This document shows positions 1-12,232 of a DNA stretch of 64,000 nucleotides, one piece after another. The position numbers and the translations under genes were made by a program. Every line of letters begins with the position of its first letter. Position 1 is the first letter of the stretch. Under the pieces are notes generated by a model. The model was not told where the DNA came from. It searched no databases and was given only the letters and a program-made list of their open reading frames with translations. Source of the DNA: Octopus bimaculoides (Eukaryota); NCBI RefSeq assembly GCF_001194135.2, contig NC_068985.1, positions 3,007,185 through 3,071,184 of the forward strand, written 5' to 3'.

Positions 1-207
1 CCAGCAATGAATTGTGTCCTTGAGAAAGACACTTTTGTCAGCACTAGTTCACTCAGCTGATAAAAATAAGTTGTACCAGTAATTCAAGGGGGCAGACAAC
101 CTGCTGAATCTCCCTTTGTGGAGAGTTCAGCCACTTGCACATTAATTTCAGAAGTAGGCTGTTCCATTGATTGGATTCACTGGAACCCTGGTCATCATAA
201 CTGCCAG
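1..207 (+). mobile_element. SINE (family 4), 5' end cut by the window edge
   Basis: Aligns by eye to the complete copy at 35815-36135 (CACTCAGCTG...CAGCCACTTGCACATTAATTTCA...GGCTGTTCC.TTGATTGGAT.CACTGGAACC). Confidence 0.75.
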
Positions 208-996
208 TTATACACAGTACTTATCGCATTTCTTTTCACTCATCTGATTTCCATGTAAACTGCCACTTTTTTGCAACCTGCCTCAGTAGTGTCCTTTTCA
301 TTTGATACCCTTTTGGCAGATATATGGAACTGATCTCAATGTCACTATCATCACCATCATCATCATCGTCATCATCATCATGAAGAACAGCAGTAAGACG
401 ACATCAGTGATAACTGGATCTTTCAATTTGTTAGTGGCATATTCCAGGTATAAAAGTTCTATTAATACCTTTAGCTTGGCAAATTACAAAGTGATCTTCA
501 CTCATGCTGGTGCCACCACCCTTCACATGTCATCATGGAAGCTAGACATTAAATGTTGATGATGATGACAACTGTAGCACTACTTGGTAAATCTCACAAT
601 TTACAAACCATGCTACCAACACAATGAATTTATATATATATGTATATGTGCGCGTTTGCATATACATAAGACCTGTAATTGGAGTTCTAGCTCAGAGGTA
701 AGGCAGAGCTTCTTTTCTGCTCGAATAAGAAAGAAAGAAAAAAAGAAAACAAGGTGAGATGTGTCAAGCAAGCAAAATGAATTAGTTTCAAAAATTGGTC
801 CATTAGTTTCAGAGTTTCTCTCATCTTTGCTTTACCAACAATAATGACAGAGCAGATCTCCATTTGCAAATAGTCCTTTGCCTGAACGTTCTATTGTAAC
901 TCTTGTCTTAACAGCATTTTCATTTAATCACACCTATCATACATGGGTATTGTTATAATCTACTTTTTCATTTTTTGTTGGGGTTTTTTTTTGTGT

Positions 997-1352
997 ATCT
1001 TTCTATTTGCTTCAGTCATGAGACCGTGGCCATGCTGGGGCACTGCCATGAAGAATTTTTAGTCAAATGAATCAACCCTCAGTACTTATTTTTACTTATT
1101 CAATCAGTCTCTTTATTGAACTGCTAAATTATGGGGATGTAAACACACCAACACCAGTTGTCAAGTAGTGGTAGAGGACACACACAGGCAACATACACTC
1201 ACACACACACACAATATATATGATGGGCTTCTTTCAGTTTCCATCAACCAAATCCACTCACAAAGCGTTGGTCGGTGAGAGGCGAGAGTAAGAGACACTT
1301 ACCCAAGGTGCCTCGCTGTGGGACTGAACCTGGAACCAGGTGGTTGGGAACC
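997..1352 (-). mobile_element. tRNA-headed SINE (family 3) with internal CA microsatellite
   Basis: Reverse complement has the GGTTC.GGTTCAGTCCC head, CCTTGGG.AAGTGTCTT, GGAAACTGAAAGAAGCCC and a CCAGCATGGCC...TGACTGAAGC tail, shared with 43445-43830, 50615-51015 and 52130-52490. Confidence 0.75.
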
Positions 1353-2409
1353 TAAAAGATAAAATCTATACTACTTCTTACTTTTTAAACTATGTGATAC
1401 CTCATCATAGATTTTTACTGCACTGAACTATTGGCACTGCCTCCTGATAGTTTCATAAAATTCTTGTGATTATAATTGATTATTATATTTTCATAGACAC
1501 AATAAAACAATCCTTCTGAATATTTTTGGAATATTTAACTCATATTTTCTCCACAAATAATCGCTTTACTATTTCAGGCAAAATATTAACTTTTCTATGA
1601 TCACATTATACCTCTCTGATCCAACATGAACCAGAAACTTAAGGAGTGGTGAACAGTCCCTCATGAAAAAAAGAAAGAAAGAAACAGTGGAATGCATTTA
1701 GAGTTAAACACACACACACATACACACACACACAGAGTATCCATATTTCATAAGAACAGATACACTGAAACATACTACACAGAATGTATAACACATGTAT
1801 TGAATTAAAGACACTTGCACACAATACTGTGTACATTCATCCTTACATTTACACCAAACATGCTCACACAAACACACACACATGCACAATCAATAGTTTC
1901 TTTCAAGAATCAATATTCTAGGAATTATCATACCATTTTAAAGTTTAGCTTCCGTATGTGTGGGGATGTGTACATTGTCATCTCTACTAAACATGTAAAT
2001 AAAATGTTTAGGTTTGACAGTTTAATTAAATCTTTTTAAGAATATTTATTGCAATATAGTAGACAGAATTTCCCTGTTTCTCTCATCACAGAAAATAAAA
2101 CAAATAGAAAGGGCTAAGATAAGGAAAATAAGGCATTAGGAAATGTGAAGGAAGAGAAACAAGAGTTAGAAACTATGGATGAATTTAAAACAAATGTTCT
2201 ACTCATAAAAAATGCAGACTCAATTCCTATTTTTAAACACACCTGAATAAATATTTTTCATGGAGGAAGAAAATCATTATAAATATGTTATGAACTTTTG
2301 GCCAGTTTTTAAGTACAGACTAAGTTTAATAGATTGGTTTTGGTCTTGGCCAGGAAAGGTTTTGTTATTATTTTCACTATGAAGGAGAATGTATTACTAA
2401 AATCATTGG

Positions 2410-2725
2410 AAAAACCACTTTCTAGCATTTGCTCCAATTCTTTGCATTCTGAGTCCAAATCTCACTGAAATCAGTCTTGACTTTCATTCTTTCAGAATTG
2501 ATAAAATAAAGTACCAGTCAGATATTGAGTCCAGTACTGTCAACCAATCCTCACTCCCAAAAATGTCTGGCCTTGTGCCAAAATTAGAGAGTTAATAACA
2601 ATAATAATCCCTGTGCACAAGGCCTGAAATATTGAGGGAAGTGGGGAGCAAGCTGATTACATCAACCCCAGTGCTCAACTGGTACTTATTACATTTACCT
2701 CATAATGATGAAAGACAAAGTAGAC
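2410..2725. mobile_element. Two decayed family-1 SINE fragments in opposite orientation
   Basis: TTCTGAGT.CAAAT, ACTTTCAT, GATAAAATAAAGTACCAGT and GGCCTTGTGCCAAAATT on + (2410-2600); inverted 3' half at 2605-2725. Confidence 0.6.
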
Positions 2726-2880
2726 ATCATCAGCATTTAATGTCCGTGTTCCATGCTAGCATGGGTGGGATGGTTTGACAAGAGCCGGCCAGGTTGAAGC
2801 CTGCACCGGGCTTCAGTAACTTTTGGCAGGATTTTTACAGCTGGATGCCCTTCTTAACACCAACCACTTAGCAGATTTGA
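2725..2880 (-). mobile_element. RTE LINE 3' UTR fragment
   Basis: TTTAATGTCCG..TTCCATGCTAGCATGGGT...CAGCTGGATGCCCTTCTTAACACCAACCAC, the same block that is contiguous with RTE ORF2 at 14787-15635. Confidence 0.7.
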
Positions 2881-3036
2881 ACATTAAGACGGATGAAATG
2901 CAGTTAAGCATTTTACCTGGCATACTAATGATTCTGCCAGTTTGTCGCCTTACCTTACTGATAAAAATCATTTCTGCAATAGGTACACAGGCTATCCCCT
3001 TCCCCAAAAATTTCAGGCCTGAAAAAGAAAAAAATT

Positions 3037-3362
3037 ATTATTATTATTATTATTTTATTGTCTTTGCACAGCTTCTAATGCTGGAGATGTACTACAGTAT
3101 CACCTGTTCACCACCCCTTATTTTTCGAGCAACATCCGGAGTATTTGAGCGGTTCCAAGCAGTACTGCTTTCTGCTAGTGCTCCACCCTTATTTGTTCCA
3201 TGTACTTCAAGATTTTTACTCACAGTTCCCAGGGCTCCGACAATTATTGGTACTGCTACCACCTTTTCCTGCGACCACAGCTGCTTAACTTCCCAAGTTA
3301 ACCTTTCATATCTATCGACTTTTCTTTCTTCCTTATTGCATACCTTGTTGTCAGCTGGGCAT
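3037..3362 (-). mobile_element. 5'-truncated R4/Dong-like non-LTR retrotransposon (RLE endonuclease end)
   Basis: Minus strand encodes ACPADNKVCNKEERKVDRYERLTWEVKQLW...VPIIVGALGTVSKNL..., then a 3' UTR and (TAA)n tail; homologous to 48580-49085. Confidence 0.8.
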
Positions 3363-3429
3363 GATTATTATTGTTGTTGTTGTTGTTGTTGTTATCTACC
3401 CCTACTATTGCAGTTCAAAAGCTATTAGA

Positions 3430-3730
3430 TGCTAATTTAATTACTAGGGACGTTATCCTGAGGTTTTGACAACAGACTGCCTCAAATCTCAAGAATCTTT
3501 CTTCGGATCTTTGCAGAATACAAGATCATATTTCCCTGCAAGTCAACAATCCATGTCTCAACCCCAATACTGTTCAGCCCCATGACTAGCAGCATGGGTG
3601 TTGTGCCAAGTGCACCAATCACCAGAGGAACAACAGCCACCTTTGTCTCTCACAATCTCTTCTCCATTCTGGATAAGGCCTGGCATTTCACAAATGCTTT
3701 CATATTCATTCAACTTTCATATGGTTTTGA
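3430..3730 (-). mobile_element. R4/Dong-like LINE 3' end, second subfamily
   Basis: Minus translation KCQALSRMEKRL*ETKVAVVPLVIGALGTTPMLL...DLQGNMILYSAKIRRKILEI* matches the VVP-IGALGT...RILRKVL C-terminus of RLE elements. Confidence 0.7.
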
Positions 3731-4194
3731 AAACTCTATAAGCATACATTTTCTTTTTGTTTTGTTTTGCTTTTTGATGTGGGTGGAGATTCTGGTCTTC
3801 TATAATCATGTCTGGTCTCCTTGCTTCAATAGTATGGTCAGTCCTTATGGAGAAATTCTTTAAAAAATTTCTAGCAATCATTCACCATAGCAGCTCTGGT
3901 GCTATTGGTGAATGGTCAACAGCATTGGAGACCATAAGGATTTTAAAGTTGGAGTTGAGGAAAAGTTAGCTGACATGGAAGACAGGAAGTCAACTGAATA
4001 CTGGAAAAGAGTTTTTTCTATCATGAGGATTCATGCCTGATATCAAAATGCCACTATCATGATTGCGGCTCTGTGAACACAGTCAAGACTGTAAGACGTA
4101 GCAGGGACGGCTGCACTGGAGAGTAAAATAACAGGAAGGGAGAGAGCAGGCATTCTGATTGCATGCCAGAATTCACCCAACAACTGAGGAATAG

Positions 4195-4272
4195 GGCCTT
4201 TGGCGCAATTCAGATGACTATGTGAAGCTGCTGGAGTCTGTGGTCAATCCCTGGTTGGAAGCGGTCACTGTT
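4195..4272 (+). pseudogene. Short IS630-Tc1-mariner transposase remnant
   Basis: Translates GLWRNSDDYVKLLESVVNPWLEAVT, resembling the segment just before the second catalytic Asp (N...Y..LLE.VV.PW). Only 26 codons. Confidence 0.4.
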
Positions 4273-5744
4273 TGAAGCTGATAGCAGCTACTTTGAGTAA
4301 ACTGTTATTTCCCAGCCATAATCCAGGCTGATATTTCTTTAGGTTTTTTTAAAAAATGCTCTTATGTTTGTATGAGATATTGTTTTCTTTCTCTGTTATG
4401 CAAACTGTCAAATTTAACCAAAATTAGGTCGCATGGACAATTGTGCAGAGACTGTGCGAGAGTGAATGGTAGCATCAGGTGCCAGTGAACGGTATTGTAT
4501 GCAGCCAAAAGTGATGGCAAGCAGGTTGTTTATGTAGTAAACCAAATCCAGAAATAAACAAGGAGTTGATATAAATCTGAGATAGCGCCACTTAAGGAAA
4601 ACGGCAATGTAATAGTTTCTGAAAATGCACAACCAACACACAAAATGCTTTGCATGAGTGTACAATGCACCATACCATGCACACACACACACACATCAAA
4701 ATAATGACACCACTTCACTATATACACACTCAATATACAGGAGAGAAGATATACACTTGCTTCAATGTTTCAAGGAAATGTGTACAAGAATCTGTATATA
4801 AATATGCATTTGTCTCTTTGACTCTATTAGTTGTATTATAGTTGTAATATCCAATATAATGAGATATTTATCATTAGATTTTCTACATAAATCAATTTAG
4901 ACCAGATATTAACATGTTTTGTTCTTTGTTTGCTTTCTTGTGAGGAAGTATCTTCTCATATATTTGTTAAAATATATAACAATAAAAAAGACATCACTTT
5001 GCTTCAGCACATTGTACAGAAACATATGTGTCTAATTCATGTCCATTTCTAAACTGCTCTTTTAAAATCTGCTTCTAAATGTTTTGTAAAATTAGATTTC
5101 AAAACATACACACTCAATATATAGATTAATAGGCATTTATTTAATGTACATTACTATTTGTGAGATAGAATAAAATAAAATGACTTTTGAACACAATAAA
5201 TAAAATATTTACTATATTTTGGATAAAAACAGTATTGCTGATTGTTTCCTGTACTTGCCTGCTTTAAAAAAGAAAATTTTTTGTTCTTTTTTTAACTCAT
5301 CTTTATTTCTATTTTCCTGCTAGCAAGGGTAAAATGGTAATTTTGTTTCTTCACAGATTTCAGTATTTTCAGAGAAATTACTGGGGCAAGAAAAATCTTT
5401 AACTTATACCAAACTAAAACAGAACTCCAAAATCTTAGATATATTCAACTTCAACAAGACAGTCAAATGCAGGAAGAACTGGGAAAGTTATGGATCTAAT
5501 GGACTGGTGTGCACCTGCATTTACAGCCAGCAATCCAAAGAGGATTCATAGAAGATCAAGGTATTCAACTGATGTGAGGAGTGAAAAAATCTAACAAATT
5601 CTTCAACATGGAGTAGAGAAAAATAAAGCTGTCATTGGCCTGATTATAAATTATAAGCCTAGAGCTAGGCCAACTTTCTTGACTGCCCATTGCAATGTAT
5701 GCACCCAAACTTTCAGTTCTCATGGTAATTAAGCACACAGTTAT

Positions 5745-6785
5745 GTGCCTTGCCTATGGCCACAAAAAAGCTGTGTTGGTGACCACTTTGAACTTGTGAG
5801 CATACAGGCACGACAAGACACACTACTTTTGCATGACATTAAGGATAAAATTAACTACAATAAATACAGTTTTGCCAAAAAACTTACTTCTGACTTATTA
5901 AAGATTATCAGGCTACATATTGAAGAGTTCAGTATAACAGATGCTGTGGATAACATGGATTATTCACAGGATGAATTGAAACCCTCAACTTTGAATAATG
6001 CTCAGGAAAATATATGGTCAGACAGTTTTCCTCAAAAAGAAAGTAAAATTGTAGCCATCCTTAAATACAGGCGACTTTTACAGCCATGCCCCCCCCCCTC
6101 ATCTCCAACTCCCTCTCTCATCCCAGAGGTCCTTGTCTTGCAGGCCTGTGGGTGCTGGCACCACATGAAAAGCACTCATTTCAGTGTCACATAAAAAGCA
6201 ACTGTGTCAGTGCCACATAAAAAAGGCAACTGTGCCAGGACCATGTAAAAAGCACTCATGGCGCTGTCACATGAAAAGGACCAATTTTGCTGCCTTGCAA
6301 AAAGCACCCGTGTTGGTGCCACATAAAAACTGCCTGGGGCCAGTGCCATGTAAAAGACACATAATGTAAAGTGGTTGACATTAGGAAGGGCATCCAGCCT
6401 TAGAAACCATGCCAAAACAGACAATGGAGCCTAGGCAGCTTCTATCCAACTCTGGCCAACTCTTGTCAAACCATACAATCCATGCCAGCATGGAAAACGG
6501 ATGTTAAAGGATGATGATGATGATGAGAAAGTATGCATCAGACAGTGTGACACTTGGGAATGATGTCAGGTTTTAAGAAGTCATAGAGGATGATGCGGTT
6601 GAGTTGCTAGAGTCCCATAGTGAAAGTTTATTAAACAAGGAGCTGATAGGGTTAGAACAACAGCAAGCTCAGAATATAGATGCGAGTACAGAAATTCCAC
6701 CAACTCTACTTAAATTGACCGTAAAGAACATTGTAAAAGGGTTGGCATATGCAAGTCTTTGCTGATAATGATCCTAATTGTGAAA
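5745..6785 (+). pseudogene. Decayed Tigger/pogo transposase C-terminal half, split by an RTE 3' UTR insertion
   Basis: ORF 5745-6194 contains FSITDAVDNMDYSQDELKPSTLNNAQENIW (compare Tigger FTILDAIKNIRDSWEEVKISTLTGVWKKL). 6541-6785 gives F*EVIEDDAVELLESHSESLLNKELIGLEQ...LTVKNIVKGL..FADNDPNCE (compare EDVTELLQSHDKTLTDEEL). Confidence 0.65.
6165..6526 (+). mobile_element. RTE 3' UTR fragment with internal tandem units and (GAT)n tail
   Basis: Repeated GTGCCACATAAAAA units, TTAGGAAGGGCATCCAGC, CATGCCAGCATGGAAAACGGATGTTAAA and (GAT)n. Confidence 0.75.
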
Positions 6786-7230
6786 TCATCATCAGCATCA
6801 CCATCGTTTAACGTCCGATTTCCATGCTGGTATCAGGCTCAACCTGATCTAGCAAAGTTTCTACAGCTGGATGCCCTTCCTAACGCCAACCACTCCAAGA
6901 GTGTAATGGGTGCTTTTTACGTGCCACCATCACGGGGGCCAGCTAGGTAGTTCTGGCAACGACCACGCTCAAAAGGTGTTTTTTACGTGCTACCTGCACG
7001 GGAACCAGCCCAGCAGCACTGGCAACAACCAAGCTTGAATGTTGTTTTTCACGAGACACCAGCACATGTACCGGGAGGGCGACTCTGGCAATGATCACGC
7101 TTGAATGGTGCTTTTCATGTGTCACCGGCATGAGAGCTAATCCGTGGCCCTGGCAAAGATCATGTTCGGATGTGCTTTTACCGTTCCACTGGCACAACTG
7201 CCAATCAGGCAGTACTGTCATCAGCATAAC
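6785..7230 (-). mobile_element. RTE 3' UTR fragment with about 5 internal tandem units
   Basis: (CAT)n, TTTAACGTCCG, CAGCTGGATGCCCTTCCTAACGCCAACCAC, then repeated GTGCTTTTTACGTGCCACC-like units. Confidence 0.75.
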
Positions 7231-7615
7231 CTAGAAATTACAAGAAGAATTTACAATGAGCTCAATGTAAGTTCCTTGCTCCTCAAGCAGATGTTGATGA
7301 ACTATAAGACAAAAGATAATGACCTTTACCCTTCCAGTAGCTCCCATTCTGTCACCACCGTCTTTCACACAGCTGTCAATATCTTTTGTGGTGAGGATGT
7401 ACTCAATTACAATATTAACATTCTTATTTATTCTGCAACGTGTTTCTCTTTAAATGTTATGTAAAAATATTATACTGTGTATGTTTAATAACTTATTTTC
7501 ATACATAAAAAAAAGCTTGTTTTTTTACTGCTGTTTTATTATTTTTTTAATGTGTCAGAATGCATTATCGCTTTATAACACAAAAATCAATGGGAAATTT
7601 AATTTTGCATTCCAG

Positions 7616-7665
7616 CAAGATTTTCAGGGATGTGTTACCTCCAAAGCACAGGAGATTCCTGTGTG
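7616..7665 (+). CDS. Candidate 50-bp internal exon, product unknown
   Basis: aattttgcattccag|CAAG...GTGTG|gtaatt. GC-richer than its flanks; open in two frames (KIFRDVLPPKHRRFLC or QDFQGCVTSKAQEIPV). No homolog recognised. Confidence 0.25.
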
Positions 7666-8932
7666 GTAATTTATCCTTTCTATTATTTAATATCATCCTT
7701 CTATACTAGCAAGAGTTGAATAGGTTCATATGCATGTCTCAGATCTGGTCCATTGTGTCTAACTTCAACCTCCACCTGGGTTACTGAGGAATACGATGCA
7801 ACAGGGTGAACAGAGTCTAATCTTCTGTTCTCTCCGTCTTTAAAAACAACATTTTAAGAAGTCCTTCAGTCAACTCACTACTTTTCATCCACCAACAGCA
7901 TCACTCGTTCATTCACACTTGGTATTTATACCAACACTCATTGCTCCTCCCACCACCACCACACTCTGCATATTTAACTTGCTTGCGTTTACATTGTCTC
8001 ACTAGTTAATTGAACACATTCAATGGGATCTACACAGTTATTTTCCCAAAGCAGTGTCCCTTTCATCAAGCATATTTCCCTATAATATAGCACTACATTT
8101 CTTAGGTATACACAATGCAACATTCTATTCAGACAAATAAGAATTTTCCTTTGATCAACAAAAGAAACAATTTCTTCCTAAATTTCTTCAATTATTTTGC
8201 ATTCAAGACGCTATAATGGGTGTAAACTCTAGCTATGACTAGTTCCAAACTAAAGCAATATTAAGCAGCCTGGTAGCAAGACCATATGCACCTGTAATAT
8301 TCAATGTTAATTTCATTCTTGATGAAAAGGTTCTGGAAAATATATAACATTTCGTTTTATTAGGGAATCCAAGGTAGCAGAGTACAATCTATGTGCTTCC
8401 AGAAACTGAAGATAGAAGTTGGTACAGCTGATGTGGAGGTGTAAGTATTGAAAGTTAATGTTTGAAAAGACAAAGGTGAGGAGTAAACATTAAAAATTCC
8501 TCAGTCTAGAAAAGGAGAAGCAAGGCATGGGAAATGAGATGGCTTCAGTAAATGGTAGTTTGGCTTAGAGCTGGAAAATGACTTCATAGTAACAAAAGGA
8601 AATAACAAAAAAAAGAAAAAGAAAAAGATTTGCAAGTTGAATCAAATGACAGTCACTTATCACAATGTAGGTGCAAGGAAGAACCCATTCACTGCTATAG
8701 ATTCTATCGTTTAATAATATTGCAATATATTTATCTAAGACAGACAAAGAACTGCACCAACTATTGAAGTGTGCACTAGATGTTTCTGGGTTGTTGTTTT
8801 GTTTTGTTCTATTTTCCTTGTCAAAGAAAACATGGCTTATGTAAAAAGTAAGTTAACAAATACAGAAATCTGATGAAAAGTAGATGTTGACAGAAACAAA
8901 ATTTCTGAGACTAGACTGCCACTGAACAAGTT

Positions 8933-9340
8933 TTTTCACAGATCGCAAATGCAGAAAGTTTTAAGCAGGATGTTTTACACACAATATAAAAAACACAATG
9001 TTTTATACTGATTGTAAATGTAGACTATTTTACAAAGACTTAAAATGTGGATTGTTTTATAGAGATTGAGAATGTAAAAAGGTTTAAAAACAATGTCAAT
9101 GCAGAGGATTTTACTCAAACTGTGATTTCTTCAAGGCAAACTGTAGATGTAAAGTCAACTGTAAACATTTACAATTTGTGGGGAAAAAATTCTACACAAA
9201 CCGTAAATGTAGGAAGTTTTAAACAAACTGTCAATGCAGAATTTTTTACATAGACCAGAAATGGAGACACAAACTATAAACGTGTTTTACTTAAACTGTG
9301 AACATGGAATGTTTTATGTAGGTTGTAAATGCAGACAGAT
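8933..9340 (+). repeat. Degenerate 27-bp minisatellite (consensus about TTTTACACAGACTGTAAATGTAGAAGG)
   Basis: Several units are exactly 27 bp, e.g. ttttatactgattgtaaatgtagacta, ttttacaaagacttaaaatgtggattg, ttctacacaaaccgtaaatgtaggaag, ttttaaacaaactgtcaatgcagaatt. Confidence 0.7.
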
Positions 9341-9599
9341 ATGATGTGCAGAACAGAGGGTTTCTTTCAAAACTATTTATGATTTAGAATACATATATAA
9401 ATATACATTCACTCATTCATCTACAGGTTCCAACATTACGGTTCTCATCATTATATCAGCACCAGATCTAATGATGTGAACTACAACCTTCAAGATGTCT
9501 AAACTTGCAATAAAAATAACAATAAATCTTTTCTCTCAAATCACACTTTAACACTTTCAATAAGGAAGAAAACAGTGGAACATCCACCCTCAGATATCA

Positions 9600-9870
9600 T
9601 CATCATCATTATCATCTAACGTACAGTTTCTACAGCTGGATGTCCTTCTTAACGCCAACCACTCAGAATGTAGTGAGTGCATTTTTACGTGCCACCAGCA
9701 CAGGAGCCAGTCAGGCGGGCCTGGCATCAATCATGTTCAGATAGTGCTTTTTTACGTGCCACCAGCATGGGGGTCAGTCAGGGGGTGGTGGCACTGGCCA
9801 CATTCAGATGGTGCTGTTTACGTGCCTCCGCTATGGGAGCCAGTCAAGCAAACCTGGCATTGATATGCTG
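9600..9870 (-). mobile_element. RTE 3' UTR fragment
   Basis: (CAT)n, CAGCTGGATGTCCTTCTTAACGCCAACCAC and three TTTTACGTGCCACCAGCA-like units. Confidence 0.7.
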
Positions 9871-10623
9871 TCTAAAAATAAGACAGGATATTTATTGTTG
9901 GGGGCCTTTTGATTAGAACTGACTCCAGGCGAAACACTAACAACAATGATAGTCATTGTTATGTCCTCCTGAAGGTGGAATATTGAGAGTAATTGGACTG
10001 GTAAGAATAATTAGAAGTGATAGAGGTACAGTAATCTAAGAGCAAAGATAGATGGCAAGACGGATGCTGTGAAGGTGGTAGTGTTGAAGCTATTAGTAGC
10101 AATGATGTACCAGTAATATATATTGGGATAAAATGGCCGAGATAAAGTACTAGTGGAAAGTGACAGTAGTAACAAATAGATTTCTCTTCAACACAGAATG
10201 AGTGCCCCAATGCATGCGTTTTAGAGAACGTACGCACACACATAACCAATGAGAGCACCCCCAAATGGTCAATTGCCTAGCAAGAAATAGCAGCCAAATT
10301 ACCTTCAAATTACATACTACTATTTTAAAAAAGAAGAGGTGCACTATCTGTAAAGATGAATGTATAATCATTGTAGGAATGCTTTGATCATAGGTCCCCA
10401 TGATTAGGGGTTGCTTGTTGCTTTAAGAAAAAAAAACTTATTTCCACCTTATAATGAATATTCATACAAATGAGAAATGCAAACTAAGAAACGAAGCAAT
10501 AATAAGAGAAGAAAATAAACAGTTGGAGAAAAGAGAGATAGGGAAAGAAACAATAAATAGAATCATTGCACAGTAGTGGTAGCAGTGGAATCAGAGTGCA
10601 GAGTTGTGGAGGAAATAAACAAA

Positions 10624-10624
<1 letters not shown>

Positions 10625-10667
<43 letters not shown>
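10625..10667. repeat. (TG)n microsatellite
   Basis: Perfect TG run. Confidence 0.95.
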
Positions 10668-10669
<2 letters not shown>

Positions 10670-10989
10670 ACATACACATAGTTGTGCATGGCAAATGGTA
10701 TAGATTTATTAGGCGTGTGGGATAAGAAAAAAAAATGATTTAGAATCTCTTGAATTAGTAAATAAAATAGAAAATTTCAGATTTTGAAAAGAAATATATT
10801 GAGACAAGAAGGCAGGAGAGTAACTCAAAGAGAAAGAAGATATACGAAATGGGAAAAGAGAGAGAGAGAGGAGAAAAGAAGAGATATAATAAAGAGTAGA
10901 AGAAGAAAATGAAAAGAAGAGAATTGAGAGACAAGAAGAAACGAATGGAAGAGTGAGAGACAAGAAAAGAGGAAAGAGGAGATGGTGAC

Positions 10990-11140
10990 AAGAGAAATGG
11001 AAAGAAAGGGTATGAGAAAGAGGAAGAAAGGGTATGAGAAAGAGGAAGAAAGAGAAAAAGAGGAAGAAAGAGAAAAAGAGGAAGAAAGAGAAAAAGAGGA
11101 AGAAAGAGAAAAAGAGGAAGAAAGAGAAAAAGAGGAAGCA
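10990..11140 (+). repeat. Purine-rich minisatellite: 24-bp unit x2, then 18-bp unit (AGAGAAAAAGAGGAAGAA) about x5
   Basis: Direct inspection; lies in a GA-rich tract starting near 10800. Confidence 0.85.
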
Positions 11141-11660
11141 AGTGGTAGAAGAAAGAATATTCTTTTTATTCTTGAACTTATTTTGGTCATTGGACTAAGG
11201 TTTGCTAGAGTACCATGTACATAAATAAGTACATACATATACGGAGAGAGAGAGAGTAGAAGACAAGGCAAGATTAAAAAAACTTTGCTTTATTAAAGAC
11301 AATATCTTAGGTGAGGAGTTTGCTATAGAACAGCTTATAATAATAATAACAACAACAACAGTTGCTTAGTAACAGATCATGTGAATGGCAATAAATATAA
11401 TTTGTTACTGAAACATTTTAATCTTGCTTTTCATTGGTGCTTTTTGTTTGTTTGCCCCCCCCCCACTCCCCTGCTATCATTTGGCCGTGTTCTTCACTGG
11501 AAACACTATCATTTTCAGTAGCACTATTACACATGACTACTACCTTCTATACCATGATGATGATGATGATTATCATCATCTTATTCTTCCCCCTCAACAT
11601 CATCACTGCTAGCACAACTTTGTCTTCCGTCAATTCAAAATTTGCATATTTACAAAGATA

Positions 11661-11848
11661 ACTGTAGAGTCGGTTTCTTTATTCCTGAGACATTCAAAGC
11701 TGAATAAATTATACCAGTGGCCCAAAAGTTAGGCAGTAGCATTTGTTGTCATTAAAGTATGGATAGTTTCAGTGCCAAAAATGGGTTATGAACCCAAGAT
11801 AAGGAACTATAGTTGTGGGAACTATAACTGTCGGAACCACTCTACAGT
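11661..11848. mobile_element. 188-bp TA-flanked MITE (Tc1/mariner-type)
   Basis: TA(11659-60)+ACTGTAGAGTCGGTT ... AACCACTCTACAGT+TA(11849-50): 14-bp TIR with one bulged base. Confidence 0.6.
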
Positions 11849-12174
11849 TATAATGAAACTTCTGAATTATAAATATTTATCAGAAGCTTTAACTAACCAA
11901 AGCTAAACTAATGACATTTTAAAAGAAAAATTGCATCAAATTCTCATGCAATTTTCAACAGGATTCTTAGATGAAAACTAGCCTAGGTATTTATTTTAAA
12001 AGAAAAGGGTGATGATTAAGAAATGAAAATGATAGATGTGCCAGCTAATAAAGATATGATTTCATATAACATAGTACAGAGAGAACTTGGCTTGTTAATG
12101 TTAACATCTTTAGTGAGGTAATGACTACATATGTAGTCTAGTCATCAATGAATGACAACTCAAACAACAGTATA

Positions 12175-12175
<1 letters not shown>

Positions 12176-12230
<55 letters not shown>
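12176..12230. repeat. (CA)n microsatellite
   Basis: Perfect CA run. Confidence 0.95.

Positions 12231-12232
<2 letters not shown>

Noticed and set aside
780-920. Minus-strand peptide AVKTRVTIERSGKGLFANGDLLCHYC, faintly like a CGGBP/BED zinc-finger start
   Set aside because: Too short, bounded by stops, no His pair in frame and no acceptor.
2823-3428. 201-aa ORF, the longest in the track
   Set aside because: It runs across an RTE 3' UTR fragment, a SINE tail, a TTA microsatellite and the antisense strand of an R4-like LINE; a chance composite.
5357-5540. Strong + acceptor (ttttgtttcttcacag) with a coiled-coil-like frame
   Set aside because: All frames stop before the good donor near 5540; the earlier donor (GTTATG) is weak.
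10709-11271. Several ORFs with repeats (EEEREK, SSSFSL, LPLFLF)
   Set aside because: Translations of a GA-rich minisatellite; no splice or domain support.
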